DNA of 64,000 bases from Orbicella franksi. Taxonomy: Eukaryota. A program made the position numbers and the translations under genes. Under the pieces are notes generated by a model. That model saw only the letters and a list, made by a program, of their open reading frames with translations. It was not told the DNA's origin and did not search any database. Positions 25,353-36,408 of the stretch are shown here, one piece after another (within the stretch, counting starts at the first letter, position 1; every line of letters starts with the position of its first letter). The stretch spans positions 31,310,001 through 31,374,000 of the forward strand of contig OZ116704.1 in NCBI GenBank assembly GCA_964199315.1, in the 5' to 3' direction.

Positions 25353-28300
25353 TTAACTTGAGCTTGTTTTAGCCTTCTCGATCCTGTCTTTCTCAAACAT
25401 GGCGGCCTTGAGCGTGTTAGTTACATCCTCGTTTTCTTGCTTGATGTCAATTGGTCGGTCCCCGCTGTTGTCCCGGATGTAGAGATCAGCATTGGCTTTC
25501 ACAAGTAGTTTTGTGAACTTGCTGTCGTGCCGCTGTACACACATGTGTAACGGGGTCTCGTGGGTGTCCTCTGAAAACAAGATAAACAAGTTTGTATTCA
25601 ATTTGCCATTTTCATAACGAAAAGAAATCTGGGGTGATCCAAGAAACCGTTCGACGAGCAACTGCGAGATGAGACTCGCCCCAGTTTTCTTCGCGTTTCG
25701 AGAGGGGCGGAAACCCGGTTGCGTGTATGGGGTGAATCTTTGCATCTTACGTTTAATAGTGTTGTTTAGGCCATTGTCGTACATGAACTTATGACGTTTT
25801 TGTTCAATAATCTCCCTGCGTGTGGGAAGAATCGATTTTCATGTCGGAAGTAAACAAAAGTGCCAAGGATTTTGTTGGAAGGTTCTTGGTCCGTGCATAA
25901 TCTTTTCTTTGCGCTCACGTGCTTTGGCTAAGTTATGCAGCCGTAAACTGTCTACGACTTTCTATTGTTAAGAGAAGATGAAGGACCATTCCTCAGTTTA
26001 TTTTAGGATCACTTTTGGATTCAGAGGGTCTAGAATAATATGAAAATATGAAGTACATAAATTGTGCCCAATCATGTACAAGGTGTTTTAGCAGTCAAGT
26101 TGGAGTTAACGGTTTTCCGAGAGTGCACCTCGAGGAAAACTGTGAGCGTAGAGGAACAGATATCCGAGCATATTTTCGCGCCAAATGCAGGCTATTGTGT
26201 TTCTTATCCTTCAAATATTTTTCGCAACACGCGCAGTTTTGAAAATTGGGGAATATCTGAGGCCGCCACTCAGGTCCTAGATGAGCTTCGTATGAATTTT
26301 ACCAGTGGTGTATTTGAATGAATGAATGAATGAATAAAAGACTTCATTAAAGTGTTAAGAGTATTTAGCTTTAAAAAAACTAATTGGGGACACTATTTAC
26401 ACAATCCAGTAAACAACTCGTGTTTGTATAACAAATTCTTAAAATCATTGCTTTTTAACAAAACAACTAACCTGATATGGCGTTAACGTTTGCGCCGTTA
26501 GCCACGAGTATTCTGCCAATTTCTACTTTTCCACAGCGCGCCGCGTGATGAAGAGGAGTGCACCCTTTTAGCGACAGCGCGTCCACGTTAGCACCGTATC
26601 TTAGCAACAATTCCGCTCCTTTTTCACAGCCCTGTCTCGCTGCTAAATGTAAGGGAGTAAAAGATCGTGGGCCGGCGTGAATCTCCGTGTCTGCGCCCTT
26701 TCTCAAAAGGGCCCTGAGGACTCTTATTTGCCCAGCTTCTGCAGCGTAGTGTAATAAGGTGCGCTTGGGTTCCTTGTATCTTCTATTGATATCTATTCCT
26801 TGTTTCATGAGTTCTTTAAGGTATGTTGAGTGACCACACACTGCACAAAAGTATGCGGGGGTCAAGCCGTCTCGAGTTTCTGTGTTTATATCAGCCCCTA
26901 GGAAACCGAAGAGCACATTAAACTTTATCACCGATCGATTAACTTATTAGATTTTGAGCTGGAGAATTCTATGAGGTGATAATTGATCATGCCGAAGGCC
27001 GAGTGAGTTATAACCTGAAGCATCTCTGATCTATCTGAAGCAGACGGGTGTGTTGGTCGATCTCCATTCAGTCCGCGGACGAACTTAGTTAAGACAAACG
27101 TTTAACTTATCACGAACTTAATTCGCTTAGTTTAGTTCGTCTCAACGAGTTTGACGCTTGGCCGGGGCCTGAGATAGCTCAGTCAATCAGATTGCAACAT
27201 TTGAATTACTATTCAAAAATAAAACTCGATATAAACACTGACTAGCATGCGTTTTTAACGGACTGATGGTGCGAGCAAGGATAATTTACATTTTCATAAC
27301 CAGTCGAGTCTCGACCTCGTTCATTCTCTAAGGGAAAAACCCATCGAACGAGGCTGTTCGAGTGTTACACTGGTATACACCTTTTTCAATGTAAAGTTTT
27401 CATTTACAACAACACTTACAAACATATAGGCTAAAGTTCCTTTCGATAAAAGGCCCTCTAATGAAACCTCCAGAACTGAAATAGGCCCACCGAGAAAGAC
27501 TTTTGAATACAGCGATGAGAAGTCTCCATGACGCCATATGAGGGCTTTTACCGCAAATAATTGGCTGACAGAGATTAAGAGGTGGACCATTAGACTTTGA
27601 GGGGGAAGGAGGGGTGGGGGAGGGGTGGGGGAGGGGTGGGGGAGGGGTGGGGGAGGGGTGGCTGATTTTGGAGAAAATTTCCTGTAAGCATCCTTGTGCT
27701 AAAAAATTAAATTCATGCAGACGACCACTACTGGAAAAAATTCACGCACGTTCAGTGAGCCGAAGAAAACACATGTTATACGAACAAAAAATATCATCTA
27801 TTCACACGTCCCGAGAAAAAAAAAATTTCCTAATGCATGTAAGGTAGTGCCTGTACCAAATCACACACTCACCCCTCAAAAGTGAAATGGTCCACCCCTG
27901 ATAAATGTATGTTGTGTAAACAGTCTGTACCTGCATGGACAAGAGCAAGCATACAATCCACGTGACCCCGCATTGCTGTGCAGTGCAGCGGATTCTCCCC
28001 ATACTTGTTGGAGCTCTTCCAATCAGCGCCATGCATAAGCAGCAGTTCCACGCAGCGCACGTGACCGTGCCTGGCGGCGTAATGCAGCGGCGTGTTGGGA
28101 CCGTTGTTGTTGTACGCGGCAGCGTCCACTTTGGAGCCGTATTCCAGCAATAGCGCAAGGCATTCCGCGTGACCGTTTAAAGCAGCCTCGTGGATTGCTT
28201 GCCAGCCGTAGAAGTCCTCTGCGGTCACGTCTGCGCCGAGTTCTAGAAGCGTTTCCATGCATTCCAGATGACCGTGCCGAGCGGCAAAGTGAAGCGCTCG

Positions 28301-29409
28301 TAAGCTATCGAAGAATGACAATTGAAATAAGGACCGAAAAAAATTAAAAACCAACACGAATGTATTTACTTGGAACCCAGGGCGGTGGGATAGGCTTTTC
28401 CCTTATATGGGCTACATAAGTATGTGCGGCCCCAAATAGCGTGGTTTTTTCGCCCGTTTTGGTCAGAAATAGGGTATTGATTTTGGTCATTTTGGTCTCG
28501 CATAGGGTATGGTGTTTGCACTCTAATCTTGAATTAGGTATGTATTTTTTTTATATAGATTAAGCCACTCTTTCATCGTTATCGATAAGACCATCAACAA
28601 AAGCCCTGCATGATGCCTTAAGCATCGGTCTGAACAAGGGGACTTATTACAAAACAGGTCTGAAACAGGGTATTTATTAAAGGGTTAGGTCTTAAATAGG
28701 GTAGTGAATTTTTGTTCAGGCCATAAATAGGGGATTTTGATCTTAAATAGGGAAGGGTTATGGGAAGCGGGTAGAACACTCCCCACCCTAATTTTTCTGG
28801 GAATTCCCCTCCAGGACTTGGAAATTAAGGATCTAAAGTTGTCAAGTCTTCTTTATATTAAAATGTCATTGCTATAGAAGGGATTTTCTTAGCCACACAG
28901 AAAACGCGCGCGCTTGTTTCACAAACCGCATCACCGTAGGTTAAATTTCAAAGAACTCAAACGCTTATAAAATTCAGGCCATTGGGAGGACTTTCCAGAC
29001 CTCTCAAATTCATTTGAGTGTTTTGTACTGGGTACCAAATAGGTGTTCCTTTTCTGAGTGTTTCATGGAGTTAATGCGAAAAATTGTCGACAAATTAAAG
29101 ACTGGAATAAAGCTACCCAGTCGCAAAGGGTGTGTGATAGAACAGCCGACAAATGCTGTTCTTCGTTTGCCCCTGATCCTTCTCGGTAAAGAAGAAAAGA
29201 TTCTGGCAAGCTACCAGAAAGATTTGTTTTTACCCTGAAAATGGCGACTCTCTTTCATTCGGATCCATTCCTTGCTGTATTACGAAAGTCAGTTCTTCGA
29301 TGTTTCCATCGCGAGCACTTGCTAACATAACGGTCTTGGGATCTTTCAGTTCCTCTTTACTTATGGATTTTGTGCGTTGTTTTTCTACGCTAGATGCAGC
29401 AGTACCCAT
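25353..29409 (-). CDS. Ankyrin-repeat protein (397 aa, about 10 repeats) with N-terminal MGxxxS
   Basis: Exons 29409-29234, 28304-27931, 26897-26472 and 25570-25353 (1194 nt, phases compatible, GT-AG). Repeated ankyrin cores include ALHFAARHGHLECMETLLELGAD, TPLHYAARHGHVRCVELLLMHGAD, TPLHLAARQGCEKGAELLLRYGAN and TPLHHAARCGKVEIGRILVANGAN. Confidence 0.9.
26160..26257 (+). mobile_element. Interspersed repeat fragment (second copy at ~62470-62755)
   Basis: ATATCCGAGCATATT..CGCCAAATGCAGGCTATTGTGTTT.TTATCCTTCAAATATTTTT...GCGCAGTTTTGAAAATTGGGGAA is shared with 62573-62670. Confidence 0.75.
27598..27660 (+). repeat. G-rich tandem repeat (GGGGTGGGGGA)x~4; potential G-quadruplex
   Basis: GGGGGAAGGAGGGGTGGGGGAGGGGTGGGGGAGGGGTGGGGGAGGGGTG contains at least 8 runs of four or more G. 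Confidence 0.85.
28378..28815. mobile_element. Probable non-autonomous DNA transposon relic with internal (T)AAATAGGGTA sub-repeats
   Basis: Multiple AAATAGGGTA-like motifs with associated TTTTGGTCA motifs, and degenerate CCCAGGG / CCCCTCCAGG ends. Confidence 0.45.
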
Positions 29410-29668
29410 ACTGTCTAGCTGCCCTTCTTTCTGCTTTGGTAGTTTTTCGCTCTTCCCAGATTATGACGTTCAGGTAATTTAATGTTCTACTTGGAATGAG
29501 TTAAAGAGTTAAAATTAGAACGATAAATTAAGAATATTTTTCGTCTGAGATTTCATCTCGGGCGGTGGAGGAAGAAAGATAGGAAATACTCGATCTAATT
29601 ACACGATGAACGCTAGCCACATTTCGGGGGATAGAATCCGTCTTGTCACCACCCCGACAATTTCTGAC

Positions 29669-29742
29669 GCGGGAAAACCATGTTATCAATCAACCAATCA
29701 GCAGCGAGAATCTGGCATTTAAAAATGGCCGCGTGCTTTGAA
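29669..29742 (+). promoter_or_regulatory. Cell-cycle core promoter: E2F site, CCAAT box and CDE-CHR module
   Basis: GCGGGAAA (29669-76; reverse TTTCCCGC), CCAAT (29694-98), and GGCCGC (29727-32) + 4-nt spacer + TTTGAA (29737-42). These lie immediately upstream of the CDC20 5'UTR exon, whose donor follows position 29817. Confidence 0.7.
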
Positions 29743-29914
29743 GTTCATTGATTTGCAAACTGACAGACGAATAATTAGAGTGTATTGAATTTACGCGAAG
29801 TTTTAAATTTTACATCGGTAAGTCAACTTTTAAATTGTGATGAAGCTTACAAATGTGTTTGCTCTTTGCTGATTTATTCATTGTATGTTCTTAAATCTAG
29901 AATTTAGCGAAGAT

Positions 29915-32900
29915 ATGGCTCAATTCGAGTTCGAAAATGGAGTCAATGATTGCTTGAAGAAGCTCGAAGCACCACTTTCGAAAGGCCCCATTCCTCGCTG
30001 GCAAAGAAAAGAAAAAGAAAGGAATTTATCTTCATCTGGAAAACCTTTATCGCCTCTTCAAACAACTTCCCGCAGTCGTGTAAACAGAAATGTATCGTCC
30101 AAAACTCAGACGTTTACACCCGGCAAGAAGACGAAGACTCCATGTAAGTCTCCAAAGAAAACTCCTCAGAAAACCCCGAAGAAGTTCCTCGAAGGAGACC
30201 GCTTTATTCCTAGCAGACCGCTTGTGGACTGCGAGTGGAGCCATTTCCAGATCATGCAGGGAAATGAATCGGTTGATGCGAGTTGCGACATTGAGGTCGA
30301 GGGTAACCTCGAGTTCCAGTCAGCTATGTCGGAGAACCTGGGAAGTAGTTCCAACAACTGCAAGATTCTTCACTTCAAGTCTGGCGCTCCCGTGACCAAA
30401 GAAGGTATCTTTTCAGTTACAATACACTAATCTGAAATGTATTTGCAACTAAATGAATGGCAATGGTTCCCATTGTCTCAAACTGTCACAGGTACTGTGC
30501 GATTGCTGGTAAGCTTTATAATATAAAATATTCTCCTAGGGCATCAGAACAACCTAAGAGTGCTGTACTGTCAGAGCAAGCCATCGGCCCCTAAAGCAAA
30601 GTCAACAAGACATATTCCACAAGCTGAGGACAGAATTCTTGATGCACCAGATCTGCTGGACGATTACTGTGAGTCACTATGATCACTGTCTTGCTTTTCC
30701 AATTTGCCAGTTAATTTTGGGTTACTATTGGTCCTAGATCTGTGAACTTTTGCAGTGGACTAGCGTTTGACAAAATGGACCTCCCTAAAATGAAGCAAAC
30801 AAACAAACAAACAAAAAACCGAAAAACAAAAAATTATAATAAGAAAGACTTTAACCCTGGTTAGCTAGAATATCTTAAAAGCCTAGAATAGCCTTGAAAG
30901 TTATGATTAATGCTCAAGTGTTTCCCGTTGTTTTTGGAAGGAAAATGCTACAGTGAATATTCTACGACAGGACTTAAATAATATGATTTTTTATGCCAAA
31001 ATGTTTTTTGCATTTTAATTTGTACATTGGTAGTTCTTTATTTATTATTGCATTTTTATACATAATTTGGTGGTACTAAAATTGTGTCTAGTAGTGAAAG
31101 GCATTGGGAAGTGCTAAGTTGTAAGCCACCTTAAATTTGGTTCCTGAATTCTATTCCAGTTCTGCTCTAGATAGTATGATTTCAAAACTGTTTCTGCAAT
31201 TTAGATCTAAATTTGTTGGACTGGGGATCAATAAATCAGCTTGCCTTAGCTCTGTCTGGGGCGGTGTACATATGGAATCCTTCCAGTGGTGAGACACAAC
31301 ACTTGTTCCAGATGGAGGGTGACAATTACATCTCCAGTGTCAGTTGGATTGGACAGGGCAGTATACTGGCTGTCGGCAATAGCAATGGTCAGGTCCAGGT
31401 GAGGGAAAATGGTCCATTTTAACTACACATACATGTAGGTGAAACATCAATGCATGTCTTAAATTAATAATTCTTATTTATTATTTTAAACTGGACTTAG
31501 ATGTGGTGAAATAGTTTGCTGAAATCTTTTTTCTGCTTTAAAAATAGAAATGAAATGTCTTGTGTCAAATGAGATTGGATTAAATCTTCGGGAATAATTT
31601 GTTTTTGTTTGCATTTGAAATATAGAGATGCAACTAGTAAATCTGAATAATCAGGGCTGAAGGAGGGGGAGCTTAATTCATTTCATCTTTAACAGCAAGA
31701 GATGGAGGTAGCTTACCATGGGAAGACGGGCCTTAAAAGAGATAGAGCTGAAGTTAGAATCTAATGTGTACTATGATTATATTATTATTAGTAGTATATA
31801 ATTTAAGTCATTTAATAAGATACAGATTTTCCAAAATAAGTACAAATTTTTACATTATTTTTTCTTTATTTTTATCTCTATCCATGTTTTGTCTGGTGCC
31901 TTTTTAACCTAGTTAAGTGGAACTGTACCAGCTATGGTCTTGTATTCCTATTTAATATTTACTTAATAATTTTGGCCTCTTTGTTGTAAACCAAAGATAA
32001 ATAAACACATGTTTGGTTGTTTGTTCTTAGTTATGGGATGTCGCGCAAGCCAAGTGTGTTCGTCTGATGGCTGGTCACGCTGCTAGAGTGGGCTCACTTG
32101 CGTGGAACTCCTTCATCCTGTCAAGGTATGTGTCATTTTGCCTGGAGAGCAGAAATAACTTTATACAAGATGTCGCTGAATAGTTTTTCATTCTGTTTTA
32201 AGGGCATATTTTGTATAATTAGGTTACTGTATCCTGCCCTTCCATTATCCTTTAACTGCCTTTTACTAAATCCTGCTGTTTCCAATCTTCAAGTGGAGAA
32301 ATTATTTTAAAAAAGTATACATTAAAAATACCAAAAACAGATTAATCCAAAATTTCTTTCTCTCAGTGGTTCACGGAGTGGTGCAATCCACCACCATGAT
32401 GTACGAGTGGCATCACATCACATTGGATCCCTCCTGGGTCATAACCAGGAGGTATGCGGTCTTGAGTGGTCTCCTGATGGTAAACTGCTAGCCAGTGGTG
32501 GCAATGATAATGTACTGAATATCTGGGCTCAGGGTGGCACCTCAGAGGGTGTGGCTAGTCCGCTTCACACCCTGACGCACCATCAGGCTGCAGTAAAGGT
32601 ATGCTGGAAGACTTAAACGATATACATGTAACCACTTACTGACACTGTTCAAGGTTGAGTTCATGCAGCTCAGTTTTGCAGACCTGTTGGCAGTTCTTCT
32701 ACAGTGAGCTTTTTTTTGATCAGCAATAGCAGAAAACATAACAATGGCAACCACAAATAATCATTTCTTTTAGACATACAGAGGTATGATATTATTATGA
32801 CAGTTTGGCTGCCAGAGATTGTTCCTGGATTGTCATTTCAAAATGCTAAGTTAGCATTCCAATCTGAAAATGTCAAATTAGCATTTAAATGAGAGACTAA

Positions 32901-34568
32901 AATAAGCCAGGAATCCATACATTGTGCAATATTTGGAATTTCAGGATGGGCATGGGCACACACTGCAATTTAGGACAATTGCTCCTCCAATAACTTTGCA
33001 AAGAACAGCATACTGCAAATTGCAAATTGCCTTATTTGCCCTACAATGCCTAGTCTTTGCTTTTGCTGATAACCAACCCCTCCCCCCAGAAAATTCTAAT
33101 GGCACTGAAATCATGTTGCCCTAAGTGGCTGACTTTGATTTACTGCTCCTTAGGCAGTGGCGTGGTGTCCATGGCAACCAAATGTCTTGGCCAGTGGTGG
33201 TGGTACTGCCGACCGTCATATCAAATTTTGGAATGCAAATACAGGAACTTGCCTGAACAGCGTGGACACTAATAGTCAGGTGTGTGCTAATGTGTCTTTG
33301 TTACTGTTGTGTAGTGCCATACAACCCTTAACTTGTCACAGTATTTAAAGTTATTGGATCATGTGTACTAACGGCATCTGTGATTGACTGTCGAACATCA
33401 ATTGATACCCTCAATCAATAGCCTTGATCAACATCTTGATTGGTACTTGATCGACGTCCCAATCGATACTCAGTGACACTCGATCGACACTTGATCAACA
33501 GTTGGTCAATGGTCTGCCGAATGTACCAACTCATTAGCTTTGATTGAAAATTAGTTGACTCTTGACTGAGATGAAGTGTTAATGGAGTGTCAACCAAGGT
33601 GTTGATGGAGTGTTGATCGAGGGTCAATCAAGGGTATCAATCTAGGATATTGATCGAAACTCGAAACATACGTACATACATACATACTTTATTTGCAACT
33701 CCCCAAAGGGGCTTTTCAGTTACAAAAGGAATAAAAAAGATAAAAATATGTCAATTAAAATGAATAAACAAAATGGGAAAGGAGTCTAAAATTAATTACA
33801 GTATTGAAGATTTAAAAGCGGATTCCTTTAGTACACGTGATCCAAGTTATTTTGGCCATGTACAAAATTACCTTTAAATTGAAGGAAACCTGAAATTAGT
33901 AGTTTACTTAGATAGAAAAACACCAAAAAGATCATAATTAACCCATAAAGGAACAAGGATGGTTAAGGATGGAGAGGATTAACATAATCTAAGATTACAA
34001 TCGCCAAACTTGAAAAATTTAGGCTAACCTTTTTAAGATGCGCAAACCGTTGTGTGGCTTTTAAGAGCTTAGACCCTCGCAGATGGTCTTCGAGGTTGTC
34101 ACACAATCTTTCCTGAACAGATTGCATGACCAACGTAAAAAGCCTAATTTAGCAGTGGAGGCAATTTGCATAGCTGGATAGGGCATTTGCCTTTGAATTA
34201 TGAACACTGCCAAGAATTTGCACGCCATAAGTACCTATCAGCTGTGAAGTCACTTTCTCTTTCAGGTGTGTGGGCTGCTCTGGTCTAAAGAATACAAAGA
34301 ATTAGTATCAGGTCATGGATTCTCCCAACATCAGCTCACCATTTGGAAATACCCGGCCATGTCACGCGTCACGGAACTGACTGGGCATACGTCACGCGTT
34401 CTCCACATGACCATGTCACCTGATGGCCAACACGTGGCGTCGGCCGCCGCTGATGAGACCTTACGCTTATGGAAATGTTTTACCACCCAGAGCAAAACGA
34501 AGAAAGTGTCGGGGAGGGGTGTGGAAAAAGACGGCGCTAGTTTGATGTCCTGTATGAAAGTGCGTTAA
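29915..34568 (+). CDS. CDC20: Cell division cycle protein 20 (fizzy), APC/C co-activator, 522 aa
   Basis: Exons 29915-30404, 30540-30668, 31205-31398, 32031-32125, 32367-32598, 33154-33279 and 34266-34568 (1569 nt). Contains the C-box DRFIPSR, the Mad2-binding [24 protein letters not shown] and WD40 repeats ([77 protein letters not shown]). The 5'UTR intron is 29818-29900. Confidence 0.96.
33356..33843. mobile_element. MITE with 23-bp TIRs carrying a nested (CATA)n-tailed insertion (~33667-33820)
   Basis: Left end GGATCATGTGTACTAACGGCATC; reverse complement of the right end is GGATCACGTGTACTAAAGGAATC. The body has GATCGA/TTGATC sub-repeats and is interrupted by CATACGTACATACATACATACTTTATT. 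Confidence 0.7.
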
Positions 34569-35360
34569 GGGAGTGATTCAATTTGATGGCAAGGAATTGC
34601 TCTTTCAGCTTCTAACTTCGAAACACGTGGAAAACAGCCTTTCCTGAAAACCGATAATGTTCTTCAAAATGCACGTGTAGCCTGGCATGTATTAGTTATT
34701 CGTATCATCTCTTTGGTTAAGTGGCACAATGGAAGTACTGGCATTCAGCTTGGGCTCTCGATACCAGCCTCTCTCTTTGCTTTGCCTCCTTTTTCGTTGA
34801 GGAAAGAGAGCCTGGGATCGAGTTTGAAGTGTGGAGTGTTTTTATATGTTACTACTGTGGCCTATGGAAACAAGGTTGAAGACTAATTACAAGCCAAGGA
34901 AAAAAAGTGCACTTGTGATTTTTTACTTTAATGTACTGTTTTATTAAGCAAATTTTAGTTTTGAGAAGTTGTGGAATGGTACGTGCAGCTCGCCTTAAGG
35001 ACTAGGACATGGCAAAAGCGTGCATTCCGAATGTGAGTCTTAACATGCAGTTTGAAAAAATGTTATGGTATTTTTAAGAAAGGTCCATTGGATGAATAAC
35101 AAGAAAAGGATGTCTTCTGCATTTCTATACCTAACGGACATAATGATGTCTATATTAGAGTTAGTTTCGGTAAAGAAAACCAGTTTAGTTACTAACAAAA
35201 TGTAATTATTATCATTTTTATTATTCCAAACCGGGTACCTGCCTGAAATGCTTTAATTCCCAGACGTTGAAAATATTTTAAGTTATAGCATTAACAGATT
35301 GTGATTAGTTATTGTACATATTTTGCTACATTTTCTACAGAGTTGTGCGAAATCAAAAAT

Positions 35361-35396
35361 TATTTATTTATTTAATTTGTATTTATTTATAATAAA
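35361..35396 (+). terminator. Probable CDC20 polyadenylation signal preceded by an AU-rich element cluster
   Basis: TATTTATTTATTTAATTTGTATTTATTTAT followed by AATAAA (35391-96). This is the first canonical hexamer noticed after the stop codon. Confidence 0.55.
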
Positions 35397-36106
35397 TGGA
35401 AGAAGTTTTATTGTGGAAGTTGCTTATTTTCATCATGTTCTGAGTTTTAATCTTCCTATCTCCTAGACAATTGGCCAGATTCCATTTTTTGAGTTTTCCT
35501 CACTCCACTTAGCCGGATATTTGAGTTGGAGATCAACCAGTGATATTTTCGGGAAGGCAACAATCGTTAAAAAAGTGAAATTCTTTGTCCGGGAATCCAG
35601 ACAATGAAATATCGCATCTCCAAGGCCATTTTTATTAGTGCACAGGCCCCCTCCGGTCGTCTTAAGCGATCCAAGGTTTTCGATCATATTCGGGGAAACC
35701 TAATTTGAAACAATATCATACAGTCTTGTACGCTGAAAACTCGCACTTTGCTAATTTGAATATATTGAGGAAAACTTTATGAATCGAACTAGGCTTGTCT
35801 CCAAAAGCAAGGAGATCTTTTACTAAGAACCGCTTTGAATGCTAGTTAGGTTTCCTAACCAGTGGGAAAGTGGACGACAAGATCAAATTCGTGAATTTAT
35901 TTAAGTCAAAAGTTGCGTTTTGAGTTCAGACATGGCCTAATGAAATCGGACGGCCATGCGATTACCAAATATAGAGCTATTGGTTTCATGAAGACAGATA
36001 TAGCCAGTATTAGAACGCTTTCACTCGCGTGGCCAGTAGCCATACACGTTTATTGGAAAAATAGAAAGTGCTTGCATAAGAAAAGAGTTCAACTCCCACA
36101 GGATTG

Positions 36107-36408
36107 GGCCTTGTTCACACAACGCCCGATGAATTTAAAAACGTAACGATCACCGCTCATTTTGGATTTGTTTTTGAGGAAAACGCGAGCAAGGAAATTA
36201 CATGATTAAATTAACTTTTTAGAAAAGCTCGGTTTTAAAAGTGTTTTCCGTCGACACTAAAACGCAAAGCCGGCGCTTTCAAATTCCTCCGGTTTGAAGA
36301 GCGTTTTCTAAAAGCTCCGTTTTCGTGACGGATTAGGGTGCACGGTAAGCCTAACCGTCGAAATAAGGCTGCATTTTCAAATTTCTCTGGCGTGGTGTAG
36401 ACGAGGCC
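36107..36408. mobile_element. MITE copy 2 (same family as 1101-1450), apparently nested in another short repeat (~36011-36478)
   Basis: TIRs GGCCTTGTTCACAC and (reverse complement) GGCCTCGTCTACAC, with internal identity to the 1.1-kb copy. Confidence 0.75.
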
